Of a stretch of DNA of 64,000 nucleotides, positions 13,969 to 27,600 are shown in pieces. Position 1 is the first letter of the stretch. Each line of letters begins with the position of its first letter. A program made the position numbers and the translations under genes. A model generated the notes under the pieces. That model had not been told where the DNA came from. It did no database searches and worked only from the letters and a program-made list of their open reading frames with translations. The DNA comes from Balanoglossus misakiensis (taxonomy: Eukaryota > Animalia > Hemichordata): the NCBI GenBank assembly GCA_040954595.2, contig CM082577.2, positions 10,255,846-10,319,845 on the forward strand, written 5' to 3'.

Positions 13969-14588
13969 CTGCGGCGGTGATAAAAACGGAACAGCTTAGA
14001 ATCTCAATTACTCCATTATCTTTCCCCACTCTTCTTCAAGGGGTCAAAAGTCAATGATCAGTGAATGGATACAGCAGGGATTAAGTGGGCGTGTCACGTG
14101 AATTCACTTTGCAGAAAGCGAAAACCTCTGCAACGATAATTACAACTTTTAATTTGAAAAAATCAGGAATTATATTTTATACTCTTGCTTGACGTTATTC
14201 TTGAAACAGAATTTCATGAATTTAAAATAATGAAGAGCTAGACGAATGCTATACACAAAATGAGTCACAATGTCAACCATGACTGTGAAAAGAGACATCA
14301 GGTGTGAATACCTTGGAAAAAAGGGACATTGAAAATTATGTGTTTCTGATAGTGTGTGTTTAATAGCTATCCTCCTCATAGTTTTGGCCTGTTTTTGATT
14401 ATATAAATGGGTAGGAGAAAAGGTCTCTCCCTGTTGAATCTTGTGACAGATTAAATCATCTTAGGGACTATATAATTCAGCAAAATTTTGATTAATTGTT
14501 ATCTTCACTGTTCTGCACGGTACATGAGACCATACTGAGAGTCCACAGACAGGTCACCATTTGCCTACAGCTGCTCTGTGCTGTTTAA

Positions 14589-14951
14589 GGTAGTAAATGC
14601 ACCTAGCCAGATTTTCAGAAAAATGATAGTCCTCCAAAACCTTTCTAGTTTTCTGGTGCATTTTAGTGTGTGAGGAGTCTTTTGGATATCAAAGAAGAGA
14701 ACTTGGTGTTCTGGTGTTCGTTATCTTGTGTTCATAAAAATCACAAGTCTAATCTTTTTCCATAGAGTTTAAATACACGACTGGCAGCCATTTTGGATTT
14801 CAAATTTCATAGACAATTGGCTCTTTCAGTCAAAATTATGCACAGTGACCCGCCAATTTTTGTTCTCAATTTTAAGAGAGCATAATCTTAAGTCGACTAG
14901 AGCAAAATATGAGAAAAAGTTTCACGACTGATTTTCGAGGCGCATACTACC
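14589..14951. mobile_element. Kolobok-like non-autonomous DNA transposon
   Basis: TTAA|GGTAGTAAATGCACCT ... AGGCGCATACTACC|TTAA. A TTAA TSD with purine (GG) termini fits Kolobok rather than piggyBac; internal GGCAGCCATTTTG motif. Confidence 0.75.
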
Positions 14952-16224
14952 TTAAGGGGCAGAGATTTGCATCTCATAGTTTGCAAGAGCTCCATGTCTG
15001 GAGGGGAATGCGTCTGTGTTGACGCTGGCAGCTCTCGAAGCTCAGACAGATCACATCTGCCGGTGAACTCTGCGTTCAAAACAGGGCTATCGATAACTCT
15101 TTTTCAGATGCGGGATTTGGCGTGAATCAGGGGCCAACAGGTTCTAATCTTTGTGTAATTTGTCAGGGTTTTTTCCAGGATTTTCGGCCTTGCATGTAAA
15201 CTGACTGGAGTATATGACAGTTCCTGCAACTTGTCTGTAGTCTGCGTACATGTACGTGTCACAGTGATGCAGTAAATCACAGAAACTGGAGGCTCCGTCC
15301 CGGTACCTAGGAGTAAATCAACAGCACACAAAAGCAACCCAGTGGTATCTCCCGGGTTTACAAATCTCAACGACTTCACAAGTCCAGCCAAGCACTCTCA
15401 CCAAGGGTTTTTCAGAAACAAACTTGGAAGAGTGCTGACTTGAACTGAAATATTCCACTTGCATGAACACTAACTGCACAAGTCAAACAACTGAATAGTC
15501 CTTCACCTCTTCCGAGTAACTTTCAGATGGCTTTCAAGGGGTATTATTAAACACACCAGAAATGGGTCACCAACCAGTGGAAGAAAGGTTTACGCGCCTT
15601 GCATGAAGCAAGAAACAAACGCTCATAAAACTGTCGCTTCAAGGAGGACCCCGATATGACTTTAAGAAAACAGCCCAAAACCGTATACATGTATACAACT
15701 GTCAAAATAGAAATGTTCTCTTTAAGGAAAAAAACAGGTCGCAAACTTCCAAACTCATCATCCGTGCATTGTTATAACCCAGATTATTTTGCAGTTGCGA
15801 CTCGGCGCATCAAACATTTTCTATAAACTGCACACACAGAAAAGCCCTGGGGCACACATATTCAGAAACGGCCCTGACTTGGAGTCCATTTCTAGACCCA
15901 TTACGAGAAAGCACTTCCAGAAAGAGCAAGTGCACGAACAAAACAGAACAATTTGATTTCAATGGTGGAACTGGTCCTGAGTGTCACTTTAAGGGTGTCA
16001 ATGTCATTCCCCTGATAATGGTCCCCGCCCCTTACAAAAATAGCACACGTAAAGATCCACAGGAACATTTTGCAAGTTCAATGGTAGATTTCACAAGCAG
16101 TTGCACCTTGATAATGAAGATGGGTGATGTGCACAGTATTTTTAACCAACCCTATATTTTGTTATAATTAGATCATAGTAACGGCATATCATTTCTTATG
16201 GAAATGGGTCTTTAAAAACTACAT

Positions 16225-16312
16225 TTAACCCATTCACCCCCATTTCCCACTACAGAGGTCCAACTTTACCTTAGAAAACAATGGACTTGGGCCAAACCAT
16301 GCATGGTGGTGA
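16225..16312 (-). mobile_element. piggyBac-like MITE family B copy 2
   Basis: TTAACCCATTCACCCC...GAGGTCCAACTTTACC...AACAATGG; the right end is degenerate. Confidence 0.8.
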
Positions 16313-16899
16313 CACAGACAGGTAAAAGGATGCTAAATGAAAAGGTAACCGCAACAGAAGTCAGGCTTGAGGCCTTAAAAAAGAATATCATATCATACTA
16401 TCATAGGTGCATACTTACAGACTACCACACCATACAATGGGGAGATTGATCAACAAGTACTGGCAAATGAGTTGTTAAAGAGCTTGGACGGTACTTCACT
16501 TATTCCGTGTGTTGTTGCTATCACTGTCATGTACATGTACACACACAGTGCTAGCTCTGTGGGTTTTGACCCTACAAGCTCATCTAAATGGCCGTATTTT
16601 GGGGGGACCATTCATATGCAAATGAGCGCAGTCAAAACAGAGTCTCCTCATTGATGCATTCAACTGCAGAAAAAAATGTCTTATCCAAATAAACGCCACT
16701 TTCTATTTACCCGAAGAGAGAACGGCCAAAGAAACACAAAAAACCTGACCCACAATTGCGGGTTCTACGTTTGTACAAGGACCTGATGAATTCCTCAACC
16801 TATTTTTCAAGTTGTTTGCGTAAACCATGACTTGTTTCCAACAGACTAAATTGAGGACAGAAATAGACTGAACGCAAAAAAATGGGCTTTAAATCTTAC

Positions 16900-16994
16900 C
16901 GATATGATGTCACCAGCTTTGAAAGCCAAGCTGTTCGGGTCATAGATGTTGTAGTAGTCCTTCAGTGCCCTGGCCTGGAGTGCTCCGCTTGCAT
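16900..16994 (-). CDS. CASKIN: Caskin-like exon, N-terminal half of SH3: (D)ASGALQARALKDYYNIYDPNSLAFKAGDIIS
   Basis: Not in the ORF track. TTTACTCTAG acceptor and GTAAGA donor; 95 nt, phase 1 to 0. Shows the SH3 RALxDY...L.FKAGDII pattern. Confidence 0.95.
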
Positions 16995-18141
16995 CTAGAG
17001 TAAACAAACAACAAACAATTTTACAGTCGAATCACCAGCACCATCAATCCCACGATGCACTGCAACAATGTTCTTTGGGTGTATGCCACCGATCTTCTCA
17101 AAAACATCATTCATTCAGAATTTTGGGGAAATAAAAAGTTGAAATGCAGTGTTTTGCCAAAAACCATGATATTGTCCAGGTGTGAATGGATTTTGTGTTT
17201 ACAAACAGACAACAGCAAAGAAGAGAAGAGTTTAAGTTCATGAGTACACAGGCCGTGCTGTGAACATTCCGTAACAATGCTTTGCGCCACCTGTAAGAAT
17301 GGGCCATTGTAAGAATGGGCAAATGCTGCATTTCCAACAAGACAATGCGAATTAAATGCCTTCAAAATTTTCATTAGAAAGTTACAGCAAACTCTAGAAT
17401 ACATTACAGTAAGAATAATTTTCCTTTCCTTCAAAATAATTGAGGTCAATCATTTGTATGATGTGTACAGAAGGCACTTAATTCTATTCTCCATGAATCA
17501 CAACTTTCAACCAAGGTCAATTCTAGGCTTCTGTGTCTGAATAATAAACTGACCTCAGACGGCTCATTGTTCGATATTGATTTTCAATTCAAAACATCAG
17601 ATCCAAAAGCATGCTCACAAAACATATTACGATACTCCAGTTATATCTGGCCCAAACCTACCAAAAACCCAGATACAATGATATCCGTGGGGATTGGCTT
17701 AAAAAATAGTAAAGCGCACCACCCCACGCATTTTCTTTTCCGGAAGCAAGCAATTTGTCGTTCAATACAAGACTCGCACACACAACAATGAAAAACACCT
17801 TTGAACAGAAATAACTTGGGAATTGAGAGGAGTGGGGATTGAATGGGTGGTTTTTTTATTCAAAGGAATCAATGTAGGGTGCGGTTGCCTTTTTGCCATC
17901 GTTTTTATCATTGGTTCATATGTGAACATGCATTCCAACCTTTCATCTAATGGAGTATGATCGTAGTAAGACCTATCGACAAATATCGTTGAAATTTTCA
18001 AACTTTCATCATCAGAACAAAATCATACACAGGTATATCTGTTCAGTTGGTTTTAAAATATGCGCAGGGCGATTAAATTTGTTGTCTTGACAGACTTTTT
18101 ACAAATTTGAAATGGTAGCAAAACTGGCCATACATCCTGCT

Positions 18142-18234
18142 TTAACCCTTTCACCCCCAGTTCCATCTTTAGAGGTCCAACTTTACCATAGACAACAATG
18201 GATTTGGACCAAACCACGATGGTAACAGGGTTTA
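18142..18234 (-). mobile_element. piggyBac-like MITE family B copy 3
   Basis: TTAACCCTTTCACCCCCAGTTCC...GGTAACAGGGTTTA. Confidence 0.85.
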
Positions 18235-18428
18235 TAAAGGAATCTCAAAGGTACATGTATACCAGTCACCTGTAAAAATTTTAATAGCCACACATATCAA
18301 AAGAAGAGCGCCACCACAAGGTTATTCTAGCAGAAGAATTAGACAAGCCCCTTAAACATTATGGGCACATGTAAATTAGACAAGTCTGATTGCATTATTA
18401 AGAGAAAGGAACAAAATAAATCCCTCAC

Positions 18429-18537
18429 CTTTCAACATCCTTTTAATATCCTGAGCTGCTCTCGATGAGGTAAATTTATTTACAATGTCCAGGGCTGTCT
18501 GCCCAAAAGTGTTTGTTATGTGCGCATCAATGCCATT
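18429..18537 (-). CDS. CASKIN: Caskin-like exon: NGIDAHITNTFGQTALDIVNKFTSSRAAQDIKRMLK(D)
   Basis: Not in the ORF track; read by hand. TTTTCTAG acceptor and GTGAGG donor; 109 nt, phase 0 to 1. Matches Caskin QTALDIV..FT.S.AS..IKQLL. Confidence 0.95.
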
Positions 18538-18717
18538 CTAGAAAATAAAAAAGAAATTAAAAAAAGCATAAATCAGTCATTAATCACTATCCACAGATAA
18601 TATAAAAGCACTTGCTCCACACATGGAGTTAGCGTGGACCTGACATGTACCATGACTTGACTCATGCAGAAACAAATGAATACATGATTGATAAAAACAC
18701 AGAAATAAATCTCGATT

Positions 18718-18810
18718 TTAACCCTTTCGTCCCCTTTTCCTTGTATAGAGGTCCAGCATTGCTATCGTAAACAATGGATATGGACTAAACCATGGCAGTC
18801 AGAGGGTTAA
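18718..18810 (-). mobile_element. piggyBac-like MITE family B copy 4
   Basis: TTAACCCTTTC...AGAGGGTTAA with both TTAA intact. Confidence 0.85.
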
Positions 18811-18860
18811 ACCAAAGTTTTGAGCTGAGGAGATACTAGTAATAATACCGCGATACTCAC

Positions 18861-18969
18861 AGATAGGAGCAACCTGACTACTTCAGTCTTGCCATAGAGG
18901 GCAGCCTCATGCAAACTGGTACCACTTTCCGTTTCCCTGTTGACATCTATGCCAGCTTGCAGCAGTATC
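18861..18969 (-). CDS. CASKIN: Caskin-like exon (ankyrin repeat): (R)[36 protein letters not shown]
   Basis: CAG acceptor and GTGAGT donor; 109 nt, phase 2 to 0. Near-identical to Caskin [31 protein letters not shown]. Confidence 0.96.
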
Positions 18970-19073
18970 CTGTTGGCAGACAGTACACACAGCAAATACA
19001 TTATTGTTACTTTTTCAAACACTAAAAATTCTGATAAAAGGCCAAAATCGCAACTCATTAACTCTGACATGTA

Positions 19074-19281
19074 CTGTAAAATGGGTTATTTTCACGAGCA
19101 ATTTTTTTTTGCGCAATACACGAGAACCCAAAAAAACGTGAAAATAAAAAGTTGCGCAAAAATGTTTTTCGGAGATAACAATGCAGTGAAATACGAGAAC
19201 GCGAAAATTAATCCTCGCGTAACAGTTGCCTCTTTTGATATCGCGAAAATTTTCCTGTCGCGAAAATAACCTGTTTTACAG
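19074..19281 (+). mobile_element. MITE family A copy 2
   Basis: TA|CTGTAAAATGGGTTATTTTCACGA ... TCGCGAAAATAACCTGTTTTACAG|TA; fills over half of a 373-nt intron. Confidence 0.9.
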
Positions 19282-19342
19282 TATATATCCAATGGCAAAC
19301 AAAACCCTGCAGGCAAAGCACTGCAGAGCAAAAACAGCCCAC

Positions 19343-19566
19343 CTAATAACATCTATATGTCCGTTCTTGGCAGCAAGATGTAGAGGCGTGTGTTGCGGCT
19401 TCTGCGTCATGTTTGGGGGCGCGTCCAACAACGTCGAGCACTGGTTGCTGTTGAGCAGCAATTCCGCCACCCTCTTGCGTCCGAACTCGCACGCCAGGTC
19501 CAGCGGTGTCTTCCCTTGCTTGTTCTTGGCCGTCAGTTTCGATTGATGCTGTAACAGTGTCTCCGT
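19343..19566 (-). CDS. CASKIN: Caskin-like exon (ankyrin repeats): [43 protein letters not shown]...[16 protein letters not shown](R)
   Basis: TTTTGCAG acceptor and GTGGGC donor; 224 nt, phase 0 to 2. Contains the Caskin motifs [13 protein letters not shown] and [12 protein letters not shown]. Confidence 0.96.
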
Positions 19567-20067
19567 CTGCAAAATACCAAACACAAAATCAATTAAAATC
19601 TATCATTATCCATAATCATGAATAAACATCTTTTGGAGAATTTTTATTCAAAACCTACAATTGTGTTTTTAAATTCTGCCAGCTATTCCCCTGAGACTTT
19701 GGTTTCAATTTTCCAAGATAATTATGGATCAGAAAATGTCATTTCTAAATCAGCATTTTTCATGTTTATTCGATTAAAATACTGGGATAAACAACTGGGA
19801 TGGGATATCAAATTTCCAGGCCTTTCCAGGACCGTTAATTGAATTTTTCAAGGACTTTTGTAATCATGATTGCCTTTCCAGACTAGTTTGAGAGAAATTC
19901 CGGGACTTTCAAGGACTTGCCTGGCCCCTGGATATCCTCAGTGAATTTACAGCAAAACTGCGAAAATTTTAATTAACAGTTTGTTTGAAAAGAGTTTAGA
20001 CAAGAGTGAGAGTTTAACGACAAACAAGCTTGCGGGTTCCCTGTATTATAGGGTACATCGTGTTTCA

Positions 20068-20267
20068 CTGTAGAACGGGTTATTTTCGTGACAGGGAATT
20101 TTTGCGAGCATCTGTTACGCGAGTATTAATTTTCGCATTCTCTTATTTCATTTACTTCATCATTATCTCCGAAAAACATTTTACGTGACTTTTCATTTTT
20201 ATTTTTTTTTTTGGCTCTGGCGTATTTCGCGAAAATTTATTGCTCACAAAAATAACCCGTTTTACCA
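20068..20267 (-). mobile_element. MITE family A copy 3 (opposite orientation)
   Basis: CTGTAGAACGGGTTATTTTCGTGA ... AAAATAACCCGTTTTAC; the body is the reverse complement of copy 2. Confidence 0.85.
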
Positions 20268-20878
20268 TATATGAATAATGACAGGAATGCAAAGGCTCAG
20301 AAATTATTCACTGAAAATTCAGTTATTTAATCCAGTATTATGGATGGTAGTTGGATAATGAACATTGACATACAGTACTGTAAATACAAAACTGAATGCT
20401 GCACAAAATGTAGACGTATGTCGTATGCAGCAACTCAACACTTCACTATGATCCAAGGCCGAGAAAGTTGTTTGAAATTCAGCCGTGAATAACCAGACGA
20501 GTCACAACTACGTAAGATTTATATCTTTAATTATTTTGTCTTCTGCACAACAAACTGGCTATCAACTTCCCTGTGCATGGCGGACCCCTTTTTTCACACT
20601 TCAAGATAATTTGATTCTGTGCAGACGACGTGACCTGCGCGACCTCGGCACCGCTTTCGCGGGTGTCTGGGGTTTAGTCTGGGCACTGATTTATACGGCT
20701 TGTGTTTAGTGTTTTTTTGGGCAGTAAAAGTGTTGTCAGCCCGTGTCTGTTGGTGACATAACTAGATATGACGGAAAGCAAGGACGAGGTGGAGGAAAAC
20801 ATCATTTGTCAACGAGGAGGATGAGTGGTACCAGATTTTGACATCATGGCAGTGTCTGATCAGTGATGCAGTTGTTGT

Positions 20879-20968
20879 TTAAACCTGTCAACACTATGGT
20901 CCAGTCCAAATCCATTGTTTCCTATAGGAAGGTTGGACCTCCATAGGGGGAACTGGGGGTGAAAGGGT
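20879..20968 (+). mobile_element. piggyBac-like MITE family B copy 5
   Basis: Core CAGTCCAAATCCATTGTTT...GGTTGGACCTC...AACTGGGGGTGAAAGGGT. Confidence 0.8.
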
Positions 20969-20976
20969 GTGTGTGT

Positions 20977-21000
20977 GGGGGGGGGGGGGGGGGGGGGGGG
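20977..21000. repeat. Poly-G tract
   Basis: About 24 consecutive G. Confidence 0.9.
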
Positions 21001-21337
21001 AGGAACAACACAAATCTTCATTTTCGGCAGACACAAAAACTAGTATTGCTTACATAAAAACTCTTTACATTGTTCATTAATACCAAGATATTAACAGTTG
21101 ACAAAGGATAATAACACGATTGGGATAAAATTAGACACAGGAGGACAAAGCAACCAGACACGCTTTCTCCTTGAACAGTATCCACTGCACTGTTTTGATA
21201 ACCTTATCTTGAGAAAACACACTGTACAATCCACACACACACAGACCGACAACAAACAGCAGGTGATTCTGACAACATGGCCGTCCCCACGCGCCGCGCG
21301 GGGAGTGCAGCAGAGATTTCAACGGCCGGCAACTCAC

Positions 21338-21483
21338 CACATCGTAACTGCCGTACTGCGATGCGAGATGCAAGGGGGAGTCGCCGTCGTTGGACGGATC
21401 GTTGGAGCTGGATCCCGCCCTCAGGAGGAGGAAGACTGGTTCGAGTTTGCCCTGCCAGGCAGCGTAGTGCAACGGCCTCATTC
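21338..21483 (-). CDS. CASKIN: Caskin-like exon (ankyrin repeats): (G)[48 protein letters not shown]
   Basis: Polypyrimidine tract plus TAG acceptor and GTGAGT donor; 146 nt, phase 1 to 0. Carries the Caskin signature [12 protein letters not shown]. Confidence 0.96.
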
Positions 21484-21616
21484 CTACACGAAGAAAAAAA
21501 AGAGAGAGAACAGGGTTCGTTAATAACTACGACGAGGGAATAAACTGCTGCTTGAACTTAGTCATTGAATAAAAAGCAATTTCAGCATGATTTCCTTTTG
21601 CATGATTTCTACATTT

Positions 21617-21644
21617 CGGGGGGGGGGGGGGGGGGGGGGGGGGG
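21617..21644. repeat. Poly-G tract
   Basis: About 28 consecutive G. Confidence 0.9.
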
Positions 21645-24600
21645 AAATCAGTTTTCGTACTCACAAGTTTAACAGGTTATTAGTTCTCTTTCTCAATTAC
21701 GTTGAAATCAAGTGTCAAATCATTTTTCACTTTTATCACCATGATAGGCACTGCGCTGTAACAATCTCTATCATGATTGGCGTCAATAAATCAACTGGCA
21801 GGTTGGCATATTGCTTATCGAGTAATGTACAAGCAATATTCTGGGATCACAAAGTTTATCCTGCAGAGGCAATTTTATGTGACGGCATGCTATAAAGTAT
21901 AAAGTCTGAGTCCCAAACAACAGCACTTGAAGAATGATTTAATGACATATACAATCAGAATCCCTACCCCCATCCCATCCCCCACACACCAATCATAAAG
22001 AATATGTTGTGTACGATTACTAAAAAGGAGAAACACTGCATCGATTCAGTGAGAAAAGACAACTTCAAGTTGTTAAACAAATGATTTAAATAAATGACCA
22101 TAGAGGGCAGCCTCGTAGGAATACATTGCACACACTTGCACATAAATAGGTCTGTACATTTTCTTCTGCATCCAACTCCTTACATTATTTATTCAGTGTT
22201 AAAATTGTGATAAAAGTTCTGCTGCCTACAAAAACTTTCAAACATCTGTTGTCATCAACAACCAAGACGTACTCAAGGTCTCTATTCCCTAAAAACATTC
22301 ACAGACTGTCTGGCAAACACACAAGGTCACAAATTATTGCACAAGGCTGTTTTATTTTATAGTAAGCCTCCAAATTGTTTTTCAGTCTGTGGGTAGATTG
22401 TGACAGCCAGCCAAGACAACAAGGGTGGGGTAAGACAATGGCAAGGGATGACTTAGACTAAAACAGACTCAATGTGTGGAAGAAATCCTGACAGCAATAG
22501 CCGTCGTACCGAGAATTCAACCACAGGCCATCAAAACCGCATCACCACATGTATGTGTGACAAAGGCACACACGCTCTGTTGGAGAAGAAGATGACATCA
22601 ACAGATGGAGATGGAGAAATGTGAAACGAAAGTAAAACAAGGAATGAATTACTATAATTATGTCTTGTATCCATTAGACAGATGTAGTCGGGAACTCTTG
22701 ATTGGAAAATACTGATTTTAGGAATGCAGTGAAAATATGTGTTTCATAATTACGGTAACTCAGCGAATATCTTATAAAAAACTCATCATTACAAATAATG
22801 CAATTGATACAACCTATACATGTACATTTGGTTTTTGTTGAAATATGTATTAATTGTATGTAGACAAGGCAGACAAGTCCTATTTCATACTGGAAACAAC
22901 AACACACCCATACATATCCTTTTGCAAATGCAATATGATAATGATGAAAATCATGGCATGATTATTATAATGTAAAAACAAAAAAGTACTTAAAATAAAA
23001 GTTTCATAAATTGGATCAATATGCGGAGAAAATAACTTTTACGTTTTATTTGCCTCAACTTTGTACATCAAGTCTGCTTTACATCCTATCACCAGGACCA
23101 GGAGGATATCTGCATTGCAGACCGACGGTATGCAGCGAGCACATTTCATCACATCCAAATTGCATTCCAACATAAATTGATCCAACTCCCCTGGCTAACA
23201 CCGCAATTTTCCATAATTCACAGTATTCAATTATTACTAAATGCCGTTTAATATCTCCTTTCCGTCAACTAAAGGGTCCAATAACACCAGCCAATAAAAC
23301 CCAAAGGTCGTCGCCCAGGGTCAAAGGTCACACAAGGCCACTTGTCTTCTGTATTTTCCCCCTGGAGAGACGTGTTTGCATTTTTCGTGGTGATATTCTT
23401 GGCTGCAAGCCTAAATATACTCTAGTCCCGGGAATGTTTAACGATTCATGACCATGTTTTCGCCCCTTCTCGGTGCCATTTCTCGATCGTGCAGTGACCT
23501 CTGACACACAAACTTGCCACAACTTCACAGGGCTCTCACCAACATTCCAAATTTAGATACAGACACACACACAACTTTCTTCCAGAAACCAATTAACATA
23601 TTGGTTCTCCAGTTTCAGTACACTTTGTTCTGTAACTGTTCACCTTCATAACTTAGTTTATCAGATTCGCTTTTTGAATGAAACAGTTGGAAGAGTATGT
23701 CAAATCTGTGATATTCAAATTTGGCCGAAAATACTAAGAACTAGAATCGATAATTGACAATAATTTGAATCAATCTGTCTGTCTCTTTTGTCATGACAAA
23801 AACCTACAAGTAAATTGTAAGTGCCTTTTGCCTTTTCTTTCTCTACAAGGCTGCCCTACTTTCTCCCCCTTATACAGCGGATCCACTCTCAATTGATGAC
23901 ACCGACCGGGGACACAATTCACGTCATGTTTCAACAATCACCACTTCCTGTCGACGAAAGACGTGCGCACACCTTTATCTCTTTTTAGTGTCAAGAACCT
24001 TTTTCTTCTTCTTCAAAACGGGCCGTGTTCTTTCAGAGTTTCCTTTTCCGCACACAAAAACAAATTGCCCCGACTCGACTTGTATTGATCGCGGCACTCG
24101 GCTTGAGTAAACACTGTCCGCGCCAAGACTTTTTAAAAGCAACTTTCTTCCCTTTGTATGTAAATCATGACAACGTACATGTCTTCACGACGGCTGAACC
24201 AACCATTGATTTAATTAGGTCACTGATTTTGATGAGATTTCATTGATTTCGACGTCTCCGCCCTGAACTCAAAAGCCATGACTTGGTAAACAACATAAAA
24301 CTTTTTTTCTCTCTACAGCTCAGGTTAATGACTCTTTTGATCTGTTCAGTGTTCCTTGTTCACAATAACTTTTGCGGTCAGGCAGTTAACGAGACAGAAA
24401 AGACATATACGGCAAACGTCTGTAAGACGAGCCTATCACCTTCAAGCACCTGTAAACACAAAACACCGCTCGGAGCAACCACAATAAATAAAGTTCAAAT
24501 ATCATTAAAAAATCTGACCAAGAGAGTCTTGAAAGAGTGCGGTTGGAATTAAATTTGTTTACGAGCAATTGACAGTTGACACAACTGCATTATTCATGGT

Positions 24601-27600
24601 ACAGAATGCGAAACACAGAAACGCAAACACGATTTTCCTCTGAAGCGGTTATGAGTCACCTCCTTGTAACTTTAGTTTCTTCAAAGACAGAGTCACATTT
24701 GAGCAACTTTGAAGCCACAAAGTTTATAGGCACAGTAATGGATGGAACAAAAAGAGGCTGTCTACAAATATGCCAGCTCAGTAACAGACAGTAATGTCTC
24801 ATGTTATATGTAACATACATTGTACAGGCCATCAGAATAAAAAGAAAACAGTGAAATTACTATTAGCAAACCTTCATTTTGGGAGAGATCAACACACAAG
24901 GATCAAAAGCTTATTTTTGTTGAAAATTACATGTCAGGACTGCGTGGGCTTGCCTATCACTTTTATTCAGTAATCATAAAAATTCCATATGAACACGAAG
25001 AAATAAAGCAGCACTCACGATACTGTACACAGAATTTTCACATTATGAAGTTTAGTCTGTAAATGCAAGATATTATACAATTCTTAACTGACCTTTGACC
25101 TTTAGTAATTCCTAAAACTCCGGGTCTGCTATCAAAACATGTGCACAAGATCCCCCCCCCCCTCCCAAGGCCTTTTGATCTTCCTATCAAAGTTCACAGC
25201 AGACATAAATCTGGCTCCTGTCATTTTCATCTCAAACCGGTCATTTCGCGAACGGTATCTGATAATCTCCGAGTCTGTTTTATTTATTTTTTAACCTCAA
25301 AGCGGGGTTTTCGGGTTTTCGTTGAGTATGATCCCAATTCCCAAGCTGTCATAAAAGCAACTAATGAGGCAACAATGTCCACTTTGGCCAGCTCCTATCA
25401 GGTTTATGTTACCGGGTCAAACGAGGTCACCCACATAAAAATAAATAGGCAGCGTGGGTTTTTCAACAATGCCGAGCTTTGCTGATGGAGATGGCAACCC
25501 CAAGAATACTTCGGTAGACTAGAGAAAGCGTCCCCAAGCAGCACTGACTGAACCAATGCCGTATTCAGAACCAAGGCGCTATAGAAACAAGTCTAGGGGT
25601 CGGACGCTGTGAACTTTGTACACACCCACAGCCACCTTAAGATTTTTTTGTGTGCGTGTTGTTCCCGATCTAAAAATAAGTTCCAGGAAGAATACACAGA
25701 GCTTATAAACCAGCCATTCAGACAAAACTAGTTAGGTTCACACTACTTGAGTTGTCGGCAACTCAATGAACTGAGAGCTATTCTGGTACAGGAATGTTCT
25801 CGGAACTTGTGCCTAAAACTGGAAGCAAGCTCAATGTTTATTTAATTTGTGAAATTGGATAAGAATAGCCAGCACTAACATAAGTTAGCGTTACTCAGTT
25901 ACTGGGATCAGTCATTTCAACATGTACATAATTAAACACACAAACAAAGAAGTCGGACCCAAATCCAAAACATCACGTTCTTAACATAGCATCTTCTGTG
26001 TAAAAATGATCAACAGTGTATAGGCTACATCGTGCAACAGCTCAAAACTGTCAGATGACAGCCATTAATCCTGGTACATTCTCACAAAAACTCTTAATAC
26101 ACCAAGCTTCAACAGACGAAAAAAAGACCCTGTTTAACTTGGAAAACAACGACGGCCGACTACATATACTAGTAACTTTGGTATTTCAGGGTAGAGCCCT
26201 GAAAACCTCTGAAGGTGCCCTATCGATATCAGCAAAACCCACATAACTCTAACGTCGTACAACATCGTTAAAACACATTAAAAACACACTCTGCGACTAG
26301 ACGCACTAAAACTTTTTGTGCACATGTTCCCAATCAGACAGACATGCCCAGCCAGGAATAGATAATGTTTACATACATGCCATAAGTTTACATTCTCTCA
26401 GACTGTCCTGATACGACCCCAAATGTCCTTGAACTTTCGCTATTCGGCAAAGTTAGATGGGATCAGGTTTGTATATTTTTGAGTAAGCAAACCAGGTCGT
26501 AACTTCTCAAACAGGGGCTATATTAAGTATCTTGACCTGGAATGTGGGTTATATTTTTATCATAATACTTCAACCGCCCCAGCTAATAGTAAAACTATTT
26601 TTAAGTCTACCACTGCTTTTTGTATACAAACCAAACACAGAAGTATGCAGAATATGCGTGTCCACTACTAGAAAATGAGAGATTTAAAACAGCAGAAAAT
26701 CTTTGATAATAAAGTGTGATTTCTTAAATGTGAAGTCAAAGTTTTAAGGTTTTCATAACCGAATTTTCACATCTCTCTCTAAGAGTTATAGTAAACACAT
26801 ATTTTCAGTGAATGACAGTCCTGGAGTTTATAAAAAAAAAGTATTTTTAAGTTATAAATTCCAGAGAACATACATTTTAGACCATAATCTCATTAATAGG
26901 TCAAAGTAAACTTTTCACCCAGAGGTTAGTACAAAGACTATCAATATTCACTTCAGTTACACTCAGCTCTGCAGAGACGAGAAACTTCCTGACTATCAAG
27001 CAGTAAAATTCCATTCAGCTGCGATAACTCCGGAAACCAGTCGGTAATAAATAACCATACCCTCATATTCCATCATAAAAGGAAATAATGGCAATATAAT
27101 TTCAATTGGGCGAATTGAAATGTTGCCAATTTTATGTCTTTTATGATGTGATTGATATATATGGTAAGGAGATGTCTACCATCAAATATTTCATAAGATT
27201 GTTTCTCACAATGGATAAATATGGATATCAGCAAAAAAGGTTCACCTGTTGCTATGGGGATACTAAAATATGCAAAATATGGCAAAAATCTGAAAAGAGA
27301 TTTTGTGGCTTTTTTTCTTGAAAATTTTCTTTGTTAACAAATCTCTCCAGTCTCTGTAGGACAGGCTGATTCAAAATCAATTGCACACTATGACAGAACA
27401 GGGTTTATTTTATAAACTTGGAAGTTGGATAGCAAATCTGTCCCACATTTCTGATATCACGGTACATAAGCTTGGACAAGATATTATAAGCACAAGAAAT
27501 AACACTCCAAACATTAACATACATGTAAGAGGAATTAGTGATTTTTTGACATAAACCAATCTGGATTTATAAACATGATGAGAGAACTGACATTTAGACT

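Noticed and set aside
19790-19940. Repeated TTCCAGG/TTCAAGGACTT motifs resembling hAT-type MITE subterminal repeats
   Set aside because: TIR pair and TSD could not be defined.
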